Below, one piece after another: positions 1-19,135 of a stretch of 64,000 bases of DNA (position 1 is the first letter of the stretch; the number at the start of each line of letters is the position of its first letter). A model generated the notes under the pieces. It saw nothing but the letters and a program-made list of their open reading frames with translations. It was not told the DNA's origin and did not search any database. Location: assembly GCF_009914755.1 (NCBI RefSeq), contig NC_060934.1, one strand, 5' to 3'. A program made the translations under genes and the position numbers. This DNA comes from the human T2T-CHM13v2.0 reference genome, Homo sapiens.

Positions 1-710
1 GATCCACCCGCCTCGGCCTCCCAAAGTGCTGGGATTACAGGCGTGAGCCACCGCGCCCGGCCTAATTTTGTATTTTTAGTAGAGACGGGGTTCCTTCATG
101 TTGGTCAGGCTGGTCTCGAAGTCCCGACCTCAAGTGATCCTCCCGCCTCAGCCTCCCAAAGTGCAGGGATTACAGGCGTGAGCCACCGCGCCTGGCCTCT
201 TGTCTAAGTCTTAACCTCTGTGTGTTTCCTCCCTGTACCATGTCAGAACTAGACGGTGTCTTTGTTCCACAAAACTGCTCCCAACCCGCGAACCGGAGAT
301 TGCATCTGCCTCTGGGTCTGAGTGCCATTGGTAGATCTGCAGTATAATACAAGAGATCTTATGGGCCAAAGTCTGGGGTATTTTCTGTAGTAGCTGTGAA
401 ATACTGCTGGTCCTATGTCCTAGGCAAGGCCCTCAAATGCCCCTAGCGAGACTGCCTTCCAACCAAAAGGAATTGTTTGCTAGGCCACGTTTCTGTTGTC
501 TTGGCAGACAGAAGCCCAGTAACAAGTCCCTAAAGATAAAATAGCATCAGAAATCCTTCCTAGGATCGGATGCGCATCTCCTATAGATGCTGTTCTGAGA
601 TCTTCAGGCAGCCACTAGTGATAGGGTAAGATAAAAGGCAGACAGGAGGCCGGACACGGTGGCTCACGCCTGTAATCCCAGCACTTTGGGAGGCCAAGGC
701 AGGCAGATCA

Positions 711-974
<264 letters not shown>

Positions 975-977
975 TTA

Positions 978-1299
<322 letters not shown>

Positions 1300-1584
1300 T
1301 CAAGAAAGAACTTAGGTAACCTTATTACAGAGCAATAAAACCACTGGATGACCCGGCCAATTAGTGCTGCCCTGGGCAAGCGGTTGTTTTGATCTTTTCT
1401 AGGTTCTAGATGCTAGAGAAAGCAAGCTTGAGTGGGGCTGAGTGAGGCTTTAAAAGTTTTAGGTCAGCCGGGTGCGGTGGCTCACGCCTGTAATCCCAGC
1501 ACTTTGGGAGGCCGAGGCGGGCGGATCACAAGGTCAGGAGAACAAGACCATCCTGGCTAACACGGTGAAACCCCGTCTCCACTA

Positions 1585-1911
<327 letters not shown>

Positions 1912-2092
1912 TCATTAGGTATTAAATCTGTTCTCTGGCAAAAAAAATTAATGAAATAAAATCGGCCTACATCAGAGTGTTGTTAGGAAGATTAGATAAG
2001 TTCATAGACCGTGCATGTACAGAGTGTAGAACAGAGCCTGATACAGTCTGTTCAGTAGATATTAATTATCATTCTTATTGTTAGTGACTTCT

Positions 2093-2658
2093 TTTGTTAA
2101 TTTTTTAAAATTATTTTTTAAAGTTTTTGTGGGGCCGGGCGCAGTGGCTTATGCCTGTAATCCCAGCACTTTGGGAGGCCGAGGCAGGAGGATCATGAGC
2201 TCAGGAGTTCGAGACCAGCCTGACCAACATGGTGAAACCTCGTCTCTACTAAAAATACAAAAATTAGCTGGGCATGGTGACGTAATCCCAGCTACTCAGG
2301 AGGCTGAGGCAGGAGAATTCTCTTGAACCCGGGAGGCGGAGCTTGCAGTGTGCCGAGATCGCGCTACTGCACTCCAGCCTGGGCGACAGAGTGAGTCTCC
2401 GTCTCAAAAATAAATAAATAAATAAAATAAAATGTTTGTGGGTACATAGGTGTATATATTTATGGGGTATATGAGATGTTTTGATACGGGCATGCAATAT
2501 GAAATAAGCACGTTGGAGAAAGGGGTATCCATCCCCTCAAGCATTTATCCTTTGAGTTACAAACAATACAATTACATTCTTTAAGTTATTGTAAAATATA
2601 CAATGAAGTTATTATTGTCTATAGGCACCCTATTGTGCTATCAAATAGTAGGTCTTAT

Positions 2659-2702
<44 letters not shown>

Positions 2703-3343
2703 AGCCTCTGGTAACCATCCTTCTACTTTGTATGTCCATGAGTTCAATTGATTTGATTTTTAGATCCCACAAGTAAGTGAGGACATGTGATGTTTGTCTC
2801 TGTGCCTGGCTTATTTCACTTAACGTAATGATCTGCAGTTCCATCCACGTTGTTGCAAATGATCATGTTTCTGTTGTCTTGGCAGACAGACAACATTGGC
2901 CCTCATTCTTTTTTGTGTACTCCCTTGTGTCTATGTGCTACTTTTGCTTTATCCATTCATCTGTTGTTAGACACTCAGGTTGCTTCCAAACCTTAGCTAC
3001 TGTAAACACTGCTGCAACAAACATGGGTGTGCAGTTATCCCTTCAATATACTGATTTCCTTTCTTTGGGGTATATACCCAGCAGTGGGATTACTGGATCA
3101 TATGGTAGTTCAATTTTTACTCTTTTGAGGAAACTCCAAACTGTTCTCCATTATGATTTTACTAATTTCCATTCCTACCAACAGTGTACAAGGGTTGCCT
3201 TTTTTCCACGTTCTCGCCAGTATTTGTGATTGCCTGCCTCTTGGATAGAAGCCATTTTAACTGGAGTGAGATGATATCTCAGTGTAGTTTTGATTTGCAT
3301 TTCTCTGATGATCAGTGATGTTGAGCACCTTTTCATATGCCTG
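2093..3343 (-). mobile_element. 5'-truncated L1 (L1MA-type 3' end) interrupted by an Alu at ~2132-2430
   Basis: L1 3' UTR and ORF2-end sequence in antisense; 14-bp TSD TGTTAGTGACTTCT at 2079-2092 and 3344-3357. Confidence 0.88.
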
Positions 3344-4354
3344 TGTTAGTGACTTCTGATTCCAACCTCGCTCTCCCTCCAGATTTGTATTTTCTCTTAT
3401 TTTATTGTATTGCAGCTGCCTGGATGTCCCTTGCTACATTAAACTCAATGTGTTCAACACTGAACTCACTTGCATTACCACCCCCCCACCATGCCTCCCC
3501 ACCAAACCCTTTCTCCTCTGTGTTTGCGGTTGGTTGATCCCTGACCATCTACCCTGTCACCCAAAGTGGAGCATCATCTTCCTCCTTTCCTCCCTGCACT
3601 GCTCTTCTTGGTCAGGACTGGTCTCTGGGCTCAGGCATTTCTCCAGCCTGTCACCACTGCTCTGCCTTCCTTCTGGCCACTCAGGCCATTGCAGCAGCTT
3701 CTGAGTAAACCTTCCAGGAGCCATTTGGCACTTGGCTCCTTCTCAGGCCCCAGCTATGCCTTGTTTCCCATTACCTCTTGAAAGGCCTCCAAGACTTGCC
3801 CAGTTTTCCTCTCCTTCAGTGCCTGACACCCCTCACTCCTTTCCTTTGCATTCTCCTGCCTGATCATGGACTGTACAGGCAAACTGACTTGAACTTGAAT
3901 CACAACTTACTCCATACAAAGTATGACCTTGAGTGAGTTACTTAATTTAAACATCTTAAGTCGCAGTTTCCTCAAATGGGCATAATCCAAATGAAGCTGG
4001 ATTTTCTTGTTCCCACTTTCAGGCCCATCATAGCAAAGTGTGGCATTCTCATGCAGAAATGCTTTGCTTTGTATTGATATATATATAAATGGAATATTAC
4101 TATTTGCATGTTTGCATTTTACATCTTCATTTAACAATATTCCAGTGATATATTGTACTTAGAGATCTTTTTTGTCAATGCCTATAGATCTCTTACCTTT
4201 TAAACTAATTTATGATGATAGAAATGATGGCTAGCAATCGTACAGCTGTCACTGTGTGCCAAGAACTGTTTTCAGCGCATCCAATATATTATTTCAGTTA
4301 CTCCTAAAGATAGCCACATTCCCAGCACTTTGGGAGGCTGAGGCGGGCAGATCA

Positions 4355-4636
<282 letters not shown>

Positions 4637-4859
4637 CTAACTACGGCACATAGAAGTAAGTTCTGGAGCTGAGACTGGGACCCAAGCAATCTATCATAAA
4701 GTTTTCAAGCATAACCACTACATGAGTGTGCTCTATCACTATAGGTGTTTTGCTGAAGATTTTCTTTTGTGTGTTTGTTTGTTTGTTTGAGACAAGGTCT
4801 CACTCTATCCCCCAGGCTGGAGCGCAGTGGCATGATCTTTTTTTTTTTTTTTTTTTTAA

Positions 4860-5156
<297 letters not shown>

Positions 5157-5275
5157 TAACTCACTGCAGCCTCGACTTCCTGGGCTCAAGCGATCCTCCT
5201 AACTCAGCCTCCCAAGTAGCTGGAGTTACAGGTGCCCAACACCATGTCCAGCTAATTTTTTAATTTTTTCTGTAG

Positions 5276-5557
<282 letters not shown>

Positions 5558-6835
5558 TGAGCAAACCTAGGCACCTCCTTATTAGCAAGCCTACGCTTTT
5601 TATCAGCTGCTTCTGTTTCCATCCCCCTCCAGCACCCTGCTGATCAAACACAGCTATCTTCCCTAAAACCCTCCCACTTTTTCATGCAGTGTTCATTCAA
5701 CAGTCTTGTATCTGGCAACATTTACATGCCAGCCATTATTCCAGATGATGGAGATGCAACAGTAAATAAGCAGGAATCCCTGTCTTTGCTAGGTGTGGAG
5801 TCTCTTGTTTGTAATCCCAACTACTCAGGAGGCTGAGGCAGGACAATCACTGGAGTCTAGGAGTTTGACGTGCAGTGAGCTATTGGGTGACAGAGCAAGA
5901 CCCTATATCTAAAAACAAAAATTAAAAAAAAGAAGAATCCCTGTCTTCGTGAAGTTCAGAACATGCTCGAAGAGGGGGAAAGACAATGGACAGGAAAGAT
6001 GAATAACACAGCGTTGCTGCTAGATGATAAGTGGTAAAGGGAAAAGTAAACAGGGAAGTACTATTGAGAACATGGGGTGAAGGTTGCAATCCTTGATAGG
6101 GTACCAGGGAAGGACTCTCTGAGGGGGTGGCAGCACTGAGTGAAAACCTAAAAGAGGTTGTCATAGGTTTGGTTCCCAGGGAGCAAAGTGTGACACTGAG
6201 ATGAACAGGGAGGAAGTTGATTAGGGAGTACTCTGAGAATCATCATCTGTTGGAGAAGAAAAAGAAGCAGGATTGGCTGAATGAAGTAGTTGGACTGAGG
6301 TACCACTACAACAGAATTTCAGCAAATCCCTCCTGGCCCTCCCTTTTTTCATCTACCCCGACCAGGCATTGAATGCTGGATGCCCACAAAGGGAGGACTG
6401 GCCTTAGGCAATGAAGCTCTCTTCAACTAGGTATACTTATAGGAGAGAGCTGACCTGCAGCAATCAATCAATCCTGCAAGGCAGACAGGAGGTCTCGGTG
6501 GCACATCAAATCATCTAGGGCAGAAACAGTAAACCATGCAGCTGCCTGGGAGAAGAGCATCCCAAGCAAAGAAAACAGCAAGCACAAAGGCCCTAAAGTG
6601 GAATGAGCTAGGGACGTCCAGGAAGCAGAAAGAAGACTAATGTAGCTGAAGCTCGGTAAATAAAGGGGGCAGTAGCAGGTAATAAAGTCAGACAAGTAAT
6701 AGGGGCCAGGTCTTGGCAAGATTTGGTGTTTGGCCAAGAAGCAACATGGTTTAATTCTTACATTTAAATGTTGACCATCTTGCTATGTTGAGCATAGATT
6801 TGGCAAGGAGGGGATTAAAAGCTGAAGCAGGAACA

Positions 6836-7045
6836 CTGGGTTTCTCAGCCTTGTCACCACTGATGATAATTCTTCATTGTGGGCCTGTTGTTGTGCACTG
6901 TAAGACGTTTAGCCACTTCTCTGGCCTCTACCCACCCACCAGATGCCAGTGGCACCTGACACCGAATTATGATATCTGATAATGTTTCCAAACATTGCCA
7001 CATGCCATTTTGGGAGGCAAAACTGCCACCAGTTCGGACTCCCTG
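6836..7045 (+). mobile_element. MER20 (hAT-Charlie MITE)
   Basis: Resembles the recalled MER20 consensus (ctggcctctacccac..agatgccagtggcac..aacattgcca..gggaggcaaaactgcc). Confidence 0.75.
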
Positions 7046-7488
7046 AGTAAGAGGATACAAAATTCTGAGAGAGAGAGATGATGGTGACTTGAACCACCGT
7101 TTCACTTCCCTCCCACCCCAAGACGCTACAGTCTCAACTCTGCAGCCAAAGTAATTGTGTTATCTGTTATCAAATTATGTCACTACTATACCAAACTGTT
7201 TATTTGCCTGAATTTCCTCCATCCTTTCATCCTTGAGCTTGTAAATGTTGCCTTTTTTCTTTTCCTTTTTTTTTTCTTTGAGACAGAGCCAGAGCGCAGT
7301 GGCACAATCTCGGCTCACTGCAATCTCTGTCTCCCGGGTTCAAGCGATTCTCATGCCTCAGCCTCCTGAGTAGCTGAGATTACAGGCATGCACCAGAATG
7401 CCCGGCTAGTTTTTGTATTTTCAATAGAGATGGGCAGAGGGGAGTGGGCAGGGTCTCACCATGTTGGCCAGGCTGGTCTTGAACTCCT

Positions 7489-7875
7489 TGTCAGGCCTCT
7501 GAGCCCAAGCTAAGCCATCATATCCCCTGTGGCCTGCACGTATACATCCAGATGGCCTGAAGTAACTGAAGAATCACAAAAGTGAAAATGACCGGTTCCT
7601 GCCTTAACTGATGACATTACCTTGTGAAATTCCTTCTCCTGGCTTAGAAGCTCCCCGACTGAGCACCTTGTAACCCCCGCCCCTTCCCACCAGAGAACAA
7701 CCCCCTTTGACTGTAATTTTCCACTACCTACCCAAATCCTATAAATCGGCCCCACCCCTATCTCCCTTGCTGACTCTCTTTTCGGACTCAGCCCGCCTGC
7801 ACCCAGTTGAAATAAACAGCCTTGTTGCTCACACAAAGCCTGTTTGGTGGTCTCTTCACACAAACGCGCATAACA
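7489..7875 (+). mobile_element. Solo LTR7-family (HERV-H) LTR inserted into an antisense Alu
   Basis: Begins TGTCAGGCCTCTGAGCCCAAGCTAAGCC and ends ..ACGCGCATAACA; TG..CA termini; 5-bp TSD CTCCT (7484-7488, 7876-7880); TATAAA at 7740, AATAAA at 7811. Confidence 0.93.
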
Positions 7876-7882
7876 CTCCTGA

Positions 7883-8098
<216 letters not shown>

Positions 8099-8205
8099 TG
8101 AGTAGCTGGGACTACAGGAGCCCGCCACCACGTCCGGCTAATTTTTTGTATTTTTAGTAGAGACGGGGTTTCACCGTGTAAGCCAGGATGGTCTCAAACT
8201 CCTGA

Positions 8206-8477
<272 letters not shown>

Positions 8478-8794
8478 TAGACAGGGTTTCTCCATGTTGG
8501 TCAGGCTGGTCTCGAACTCCTGACCTCAGGTGATCCGCCCGCCTCGGCCTCCCAAAGTGCTGGGATTACAGGCGTGAGCCACTGCGCCCGGCTAGAATGT
8601 TGTCTTTTAATACTAAGGTTTCACTTGCAAAGGGAAAGAACTGTTTGCGGAACTATCAACCGCTGTCTGAGGCGTGTCGGGAGCGACACCCCTGCGGAGG
8701 ATACGGTGCCGGGGTCCTTCCGATCGCAAAAACCGGCGTTCCTCAGCCTTCAAGACTGTGAGCGCTCAGGGCCCTCGGCCGCTGCCCGCCGCAG

Positions 8795-9412
<618 letters not shown>

Positions 9413-10527
9413 TGAAACCGTGGCTGTCACTATTGATACTTGTTAGACACGGTTGTGTGTTTTCTTCGCCCTGATGCAAAATGGAGAATGTATACAGGAG
9501 CGTTCGGTGCAGGGTCTATTTTGTATTTCCTTGAAGTTGCGTGTTTAGTTCTTTGTGACTAGTTCTTTCACTAGTCACAGTGAAATAGGGAAGTGACAGG
9601 CCCACTACTGAGTGATGGGAAATGCATAGGCTGTGAGCCCACAGGAGGAGCAGATCCTGTCTGTTTCAGTGTCTTTATTTTACAAATTGTCTTTTAACGT
9701 CATTGGCCTCTGATTGGAAATGCTTTGTGAAACTAGATCACTTCTCTCTTAAAGGAGGTATATAATTTGGCCACCAAATTGGGGGATTATTTTAAGTGAT
9801 GTTAATAGTGAATGATTCAAACTCATTAAACCTATGTGTGGGGTTTTTGGTTGTCATTACAAAGCAAAATGGTACACTGCAGAAGGAGGAACTGCATTTG
9901 GTTTGATGTCAGCAATCTTAGCTTCCATTAATAAAAACTGATTTCACAGGGAGGTGATTCCATTAGTAAATTGAATGCAATTAAATTATTGTACCTTTCA
10001 TCTCTTCAGTGTTGATGGTAGAACTTAATGATAGGAATAGGAATATATACATCATGGGTTTTTCCAGAAGCAGCTTTGAAGACTATGGCCTAGGGTACTA
10101 CAACCAGCTATTTAATAATGTAATATAGTTCCATATGTAAGGGTTTGTGATACCCCTAGTGTCCATGGACTATTAAAAATGGGTCCTTTATTTCTTGAAT
10201 GCCTACTAATATCACAGTTTATGTATATGGCAAGATTACTGTAAGAACAAGCAGCTACCTGTTGAAAAAAATTAATTCAAGAGATATCCCTTAATATCTA
10301 CTCTGCAAGGCGTGGTGCTTGACTTCATAGAAATTTTCACCAATGCCAATAGTTTGCAACTGTGTTTTATATGACCATGCCTGTTTATATTAACTTTGCC
10401 ACAATTATAGATGTGGAATCCTTGAAAATAATTTCAATTTTAAGGTTGAAGAACCAACAATTTACTTTTGTAGTACATACTTATTTTGTCCAGTCAAGAA
10501 ATTAATTTAAAACCACTCATTTGTAGA

Positions 10528-11045
<518 letters not shown>

Positions 11046-11316
11046 CTATAAAGGAACATTGGCTCAGATAATCCAGACCAGTAGATGTATAAACATTCCA
11101 CTTGTACTTGGCTTTAGAATGTCCTTTTAAAAAAAAAATTACAGACAAGGTCTTGCTATGTGGCCCAGGCTGATCTCAAACTCCTGGCCTTAAGCGATCT
11201 TCCGTTTTTGGCCTCTTAAAGTGTTGAGATTACAGGCGTGACCCACCGCATCTGACCTAGAATTTCTTGATGTCACTGTTGAGTTATATCATTATTCCAC
11301 AAATGGAAGACTGTTG

Positions 11317-11483
11317 TAGGGTTACCAGATGAAATACAGCACACTCAGTTAATTTGAATTTTAGATAAATAGCAATTTATTTATAGTATAAGTATATCCC
11401 AAAACTTACAAAATAATTATTTGTTATCTGAAATTAAAATTTTATTGTGTGTCTTGTATCTTTTGCTAAATCCAGCAACCCAG
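11317..11483. mobile_element. MER53 palindromic hAT MITE
   Basis: tagggttaccagat..aatttgaattttagataaa / ttatctgaaattaaaatt..ccagcaaccc: an imperfect long inverted repeat. Confidence 0.8.
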
Positions 11484-11742
11484 TGCTGTAGAATACTAGG
11501 AATCTAGCTATGTTCTTAAGTCTAAAGTTCTGTGTGAATATGAAATTATTTTTTCACTTTGATTTTTTGAAAGTGGGTATTTGTTTTGTTTGTCTTTTGC
11601 TTGTGACAAGACAAAACTGCTTTTATGGTGAGAATTCATAACTGAAAGATTTTCTTAGGGTAAAACAAGCTGATTTAGGCAGTGTTTCTCAAATTAGTAG
11701 TCATGGACACTCCTTTGGATCTCAGAGAGTTTTTTTTTTTAA

Positions 11743-12099
<357 letters not shown>

Positions 12100-12173
12100 T
12101 GATTATTTGGTATTTTAGGACACTCCCCCTCCTCAAATCAAATACAAAAACTAGGCTGTAAAGTGTCTGTCTT

Positions 12174-12409
12174 GTCAGGAGATCGAGACCATCCTGGCTA
12201 ACAAGGTGAAACCCCGTCTCTACTAAAAATACAAAAAATTAGCCGGGCGCGGTGGCGGGCGCCTGTAGTCCCAGCTACTCGGGAGGCTGAGGCAGGAGAA
12301 TGGCGTGAACCCCGGGAGGCGGAGCTTGCAGTGAGCCGAGATTGCGCCACTGCAGTCCGCAGTCCGGCCTGGGCGACAGAGCGAGACTCCGTCTCAAAAA
12401 AAAAAAAAA
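12174..12409 (+). mobile_element. 5'-truncated AluYb8-lineage element
   Basis: Diagnostic GCAGTCC duplication (12352-12365), ctaacaaggtgaaa variant, intact CpGs, perfect 14-bp TSD AAAGTGTCTGTCTT (12160-12173, 12410-12423). Confidence 0.92.
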
Positions 12410-13254
12410 AAAGTGTCTGTCTTTCCCCACTCCCATAGATTCTCACTTTAAACTGGAAATGTTTTTAAACAGGAAACTTCATTAATTGATTTGAAGGATC
12501 AACTTAGAATAGAAGGATATATCGTACAAGGGCATTGTTTCAACAAATTTATTCAACCACTGTTAGTGAGGCACCTACTAAGTGTTAGGCATTGTGCTGG
12601 GTGCTGAGATAGAGCAGTGAATAAGCACACAGTCCCTGCTCTCGTGGAGTTTACATTCTGGCAAGGGATAATAAATGTATTTATTTATAAATATGTAATA
12701 TGATGGATAGTGAGAAGACCAAGAAGAAAAAGAATGTAAGGTAAAGGGGGCAGAGTGCCTGGCAGATGCTATTTCCATTAAGTTGGTCAGGCAAGGCCTC
12801 TCCGCTAAGGTGCCATTTGAGTAAAGACCTGAATGAAGGAAAGGAGTAAGCCGTGTGATATCTGGGGAGAGAGATTCCAGGACAGCTTCTCAGTTCAACC
12901 CTCTGTATAGGAAAGTTACTTTAGGATTTAGAGTATGTCTTCTCCCAGCTGTGCTTGTGCAGAACATGGCGCAAGTACACAAAGAGTAGGTAATGAGCCA
13001 ATCAACTGTGGTGGTAAATGCCCTCCAAAAGTGTAAATAAGTTAACCCCTGCATTTATTAAAGAAAAAGGTTCGGCTGGGCACGATGGCTCACGCCTGTA
13101 ATCCCAGCACTTTGGGAGGCCCAGGTGGGCGGATCACGAGGTCAGGAGATCGAGACCATCCTGGCTAACACGGTGAAACCCCGTCTCTACTAAAATACAA
13201 AAAAAAAAAAATTAGCCAGGCATGGTGGCGGGTGCCTGTAGTCCCAGCTACTCA

Positions 13255-13416
<162 letters not shown>

Positions 13417-13885
13417 TTAATTGTTTTGCTAAAATCCTAATTTTCTATGCCAGCCTGTATAAAAGCATTTAGTTGTCATTGTGTTACCTTTATCTTTTCA
13501 TCATCAGCGATGTTTTTACAACAACAAAATAAATTGTATGTGATTTCAAGAAAGCAACTTTGAAATATTTCTACTTCTTGAGTTTTTTGACATTGGTTAT
13601 GATACTTAAGATTTAGGTGATGAAATTCACTCTTCCAAAAACAGGGAGGAGTTGAAGGGATTAAAATAATATTTTATCTTGTTATCCTTTTTTGGAACAA
13701 TCCAATTAATAGATATACCTCAGATTGCTTTAGACTGTTTGTTGGTTTATAGAATAGTGGTTTACATGGGAAGCTTGTTTGGATTATTGTGAAAATTATA
13801 AATTTATATGTCCTCAATTCCTCTTAATTTCAGTAAAAGTCATTTTTATTTTTAGTCTGCAATTATTTTCTTTAATTACTTTTAG

Positions 13886-13981
<96 letters not shown>

Positions 13982-14148
13982 TAAATTTCTCAATGACCTT
14001 AGAAATATCTTTTTTGTATATTTACTTAATGTTTGTTTTGTTGTTTTGCCCTTAACTGATTTTATCCTAAAGAATTCAAAGAGTATGCCAGGCGCGGTGG
14101 CTCACGCCTGTAATCCCAGCACTTTGGGAGGCCGAGGCGGGCGGATCA

Positions 14149-14598
<450 letters not shown>

Positions 14599-15128
14599 TC
14601 AGGATGCTGAGGCAGGAGAATCGCCTGAACCCGGGAGGCGGAGGTTGCAGTGAGCCAAGATCTTGTCTCAAAAAGAAAGAAAAAAACTAAAATTATTTGC
14701 ACTAATAAATGATATGAAATGTTTTTATGTCAGTATAAAGTCAGAGAAAACAGAATGTCTAGCTATAAGTATGGGTCTTCTATAAAGTATTCCTTACCCA
14801 CCAATGAGGGTGACTTTCACTGAATTGCTGTGTGACCACTTGATTGATAGTCTCTTTAAAACCACCATGAACCTCAAGTTTGCAAATCAGGCTCTCCCCA
14901 TTGCCAATATCACCTCATACTATAACGAATTCATATATTGTGCTGGTCCTTCCTAAAGGGATCCAGCAAGGATATTTACATTTGTTTACATGGGATATTT
15001 ACTAAACCTATACAGCCTTCTGAGGGATAAGCCAAATACCCACTTCGGAGGAGATATCTGGGGAAGATGAAGGAGTCTTTATAGCTATAGACACGCCCAC
15101 TCTCTTTGGATCAGCCTCCTTTTGATAA

Positions 15129-15467
<339 letters not shown>

Positions 15468-15851
15468 TGATCCGCCCACCTCAGCCTCCCAAACTGCTGG
15501 GATTACAGGCGTGAGCCACCGTGCCTGGCTATGCGGCAAACATTTATTGAAGAACTTTCATATGTGAGGCGTGTGCTGGGCAGTGAAGGAAATACCCAGA
15601 ATCATCCCTGCCTCCTAGAGCTGCGGGGAGGATTAGACAGGCAGGAAGAAATACCAGACAGTGCGAGAAGAATTCTATAAGAAAGTAACAGAGAAAATCC
15701 CCGAACTGCCCAAAGTTGAGAGGAAAACTGCTAGTGGAGAAATCAGTAAAGATGTGTGTCAGGAGGTAAACTTAATGGGCAGTACATTCAGGGGAGCACA
15801 GAACGAGGTCTGCATAAAACACATAGCGAATCTGGCCTGTTCATATGACTA

Positions 15852-16276
<425 letters not shown>

Positions 16277-16705
16277 TTAATTTCAAGCCTGTTCTGATAG
16301 GCTTCTAGTATGTGGGGTAGGGGACAAGGGTGTTTTATTTATTTATTTATTCATTTATTTTTGAGATGCAGTCTGGCTCTGTTGCCCAGGCTGGAGGGCA
16401 GTGGCGTCAGCTCACTGCAACCTCCGCATCCCGGGTTCAAGCGATTCTCCTGCCTCAGCCTCCCGAGTAGCTGGGATTACAGGTGCATGCCACCATGCCC
16501 GGCTAATTTTTGTATTTTTAGTAGAGACGGGGTTTCTCCATGTTGGTCGGGCTAGTCTCGAACTCGTGGCCTCAGGTGATCCACCCGCTTTGGCCTCCCA
16601 AAGTGCTGGGATTACAGGTGTGAGCCACCACGCCTGGCCCCAAGGGTGTGTATTGAAGTTAGGTCAGGATTAAGGGGAATCAAGAGGCTGAACTACCTCC
16701 TAATG

Positions 16706-17229
<524 letters not shown>

Positions 17230-17620
17230 CCCTGGTGGATCAAAACTATAAAACCCACTCACCACATTATAGACTTATTTACTAAGTAAAGGTTTGAAAC
17301 TGGGTGCAGTGGCTCATACCTGTAATCCCAACACTTTGGGAGGCCGAGGCAGGAGGATGGCTTGAGGCCGGGAGTTCAAGACCAGCCTGGGCAAGGTGGC
17401 GAGACCCTGTCTCTACAAGAAATTTTTATAATTAGCCAGGCGTGGTGTTGTGCTTCTGTAGTCCTAGCTACTCAGAAAGCGAGGTGGGAGGATTGCTTGA
17501 GCCCGAAAGTTTGAGGCTACAGTGAACCGTGATCATACCAGTTCACTCCAGGCTGAGCAACAGAGCAAGATCTCATCTTAAAAGAAAAAAGACTTGCGAT
17601 GTGTAAGACGGTATAGTTAG

Positions 17621-17872
<252 letters not shown>

Positions 17873-19042
17873 TGATCCATCCGCCTTGGCCTCCCAAAGT
17901 GCTGGGATTACAGGCGTGAGCGACCACGCTGGCCCATCTAGGGTGTTTTTATTTTTCTTTTCGTTTTGCTTAATTCTTTAAAACCCTAAAACAGCCGGGC
18001 GTGGTGGCTCACGCCTGTAATCCCAGCACTTTGGGAGGCCGAGGTGGGTGGATCACGAGGTCAGGAGATCGAGACCATCCTGGCTAACATGGTGAAACCC
18101 CGTCTCTACTAAAAATACAAAAAATTAGCCGGACAGGCGCCTGTAGTCCCAGCTATGCGGGAGGCTGAGGCAGGAGAATGACGTGAACCCGGGATGCGGA
18201 GGTTTCAGTGAACTGAGATCTGCGCCACTGCACTCCAGCCTGGGCGACAGAGCAAGACTCCATCTCAAAAAAATAAATAAATAAATAAAATCCTAAAACA
18301 GAATTTTGTTTCATAGAACATCTGTGCAGTTATTTATTGTATGCACCTGAGTTTTCAAGCATAATCTGGAAGATGAAGGTTAAATTGCCACCTGCAGTTA
18401 ACGGACAGCAAACCATGAAAGAAAGACCTCTCTTACCTGGCATGATCACAAAAATAGCACTTCTGATTAATACTCTGGCTGTTTATTTTTAAAGAAATAG
18501 GGCCGGGCACGGTGGCTTAAGCCTGTAATCCCAGCACTTTGGGAGGCCGAGGTGGGCAGATCACGAGGTCAGGAGAGGTCAGGAGATTGAGACCATCCTA
18601 GCTAACACGGTGAAACTCCGTCTCTACTAAAAGATATAAAAAATTAGCTGGGTATGGTGACATGGGTCTGTAGTCCCAGCTACTCAGGAGGCTGAGGCAG
18701 GAGAATGGCATGAACCTGGGAGGCGGAGCTTGCAGTGAGCAGAGACTGTGCCACTGCACTCCAGCCTGGGCGACAGAGCTAGACTCCGTCTCAAAAAAAA
18801 AGAAACATAATAAAACATAATTAATTTTGTTTTGTTTTGTTTTGTTTGAGACGGAGTTTTGCTTTTGTTGCCCAGGCTGGAATGCAATGGCGCACAATCT
18901 TGGCTCACCGCAACCTCCGCTTCCCAGGTTCAAGTGATTCTCCTGCCTCAGCCTCCCAAGTAGCTGGGGTTACAGGCATGCACCACCATGACCCGCTAAT
19001 TTTGTATTTTTAGGAGAGACGGGGTTGCTCCATGTTGGTTAG

Positions 19043-19135
<93 letters not shown>

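Noticed and set aside
1-650. Possible promoter or exons of the divergent upstream neighbour (EEF1AKMT2, from recalled synteny)
   Set aside because: No exon or CpG island for it is visible in this window, so it cannot be supported from the sequence.
2777-3229. 150-aa ORF
   Set aside because: Antisense frame of the L1 fragment.
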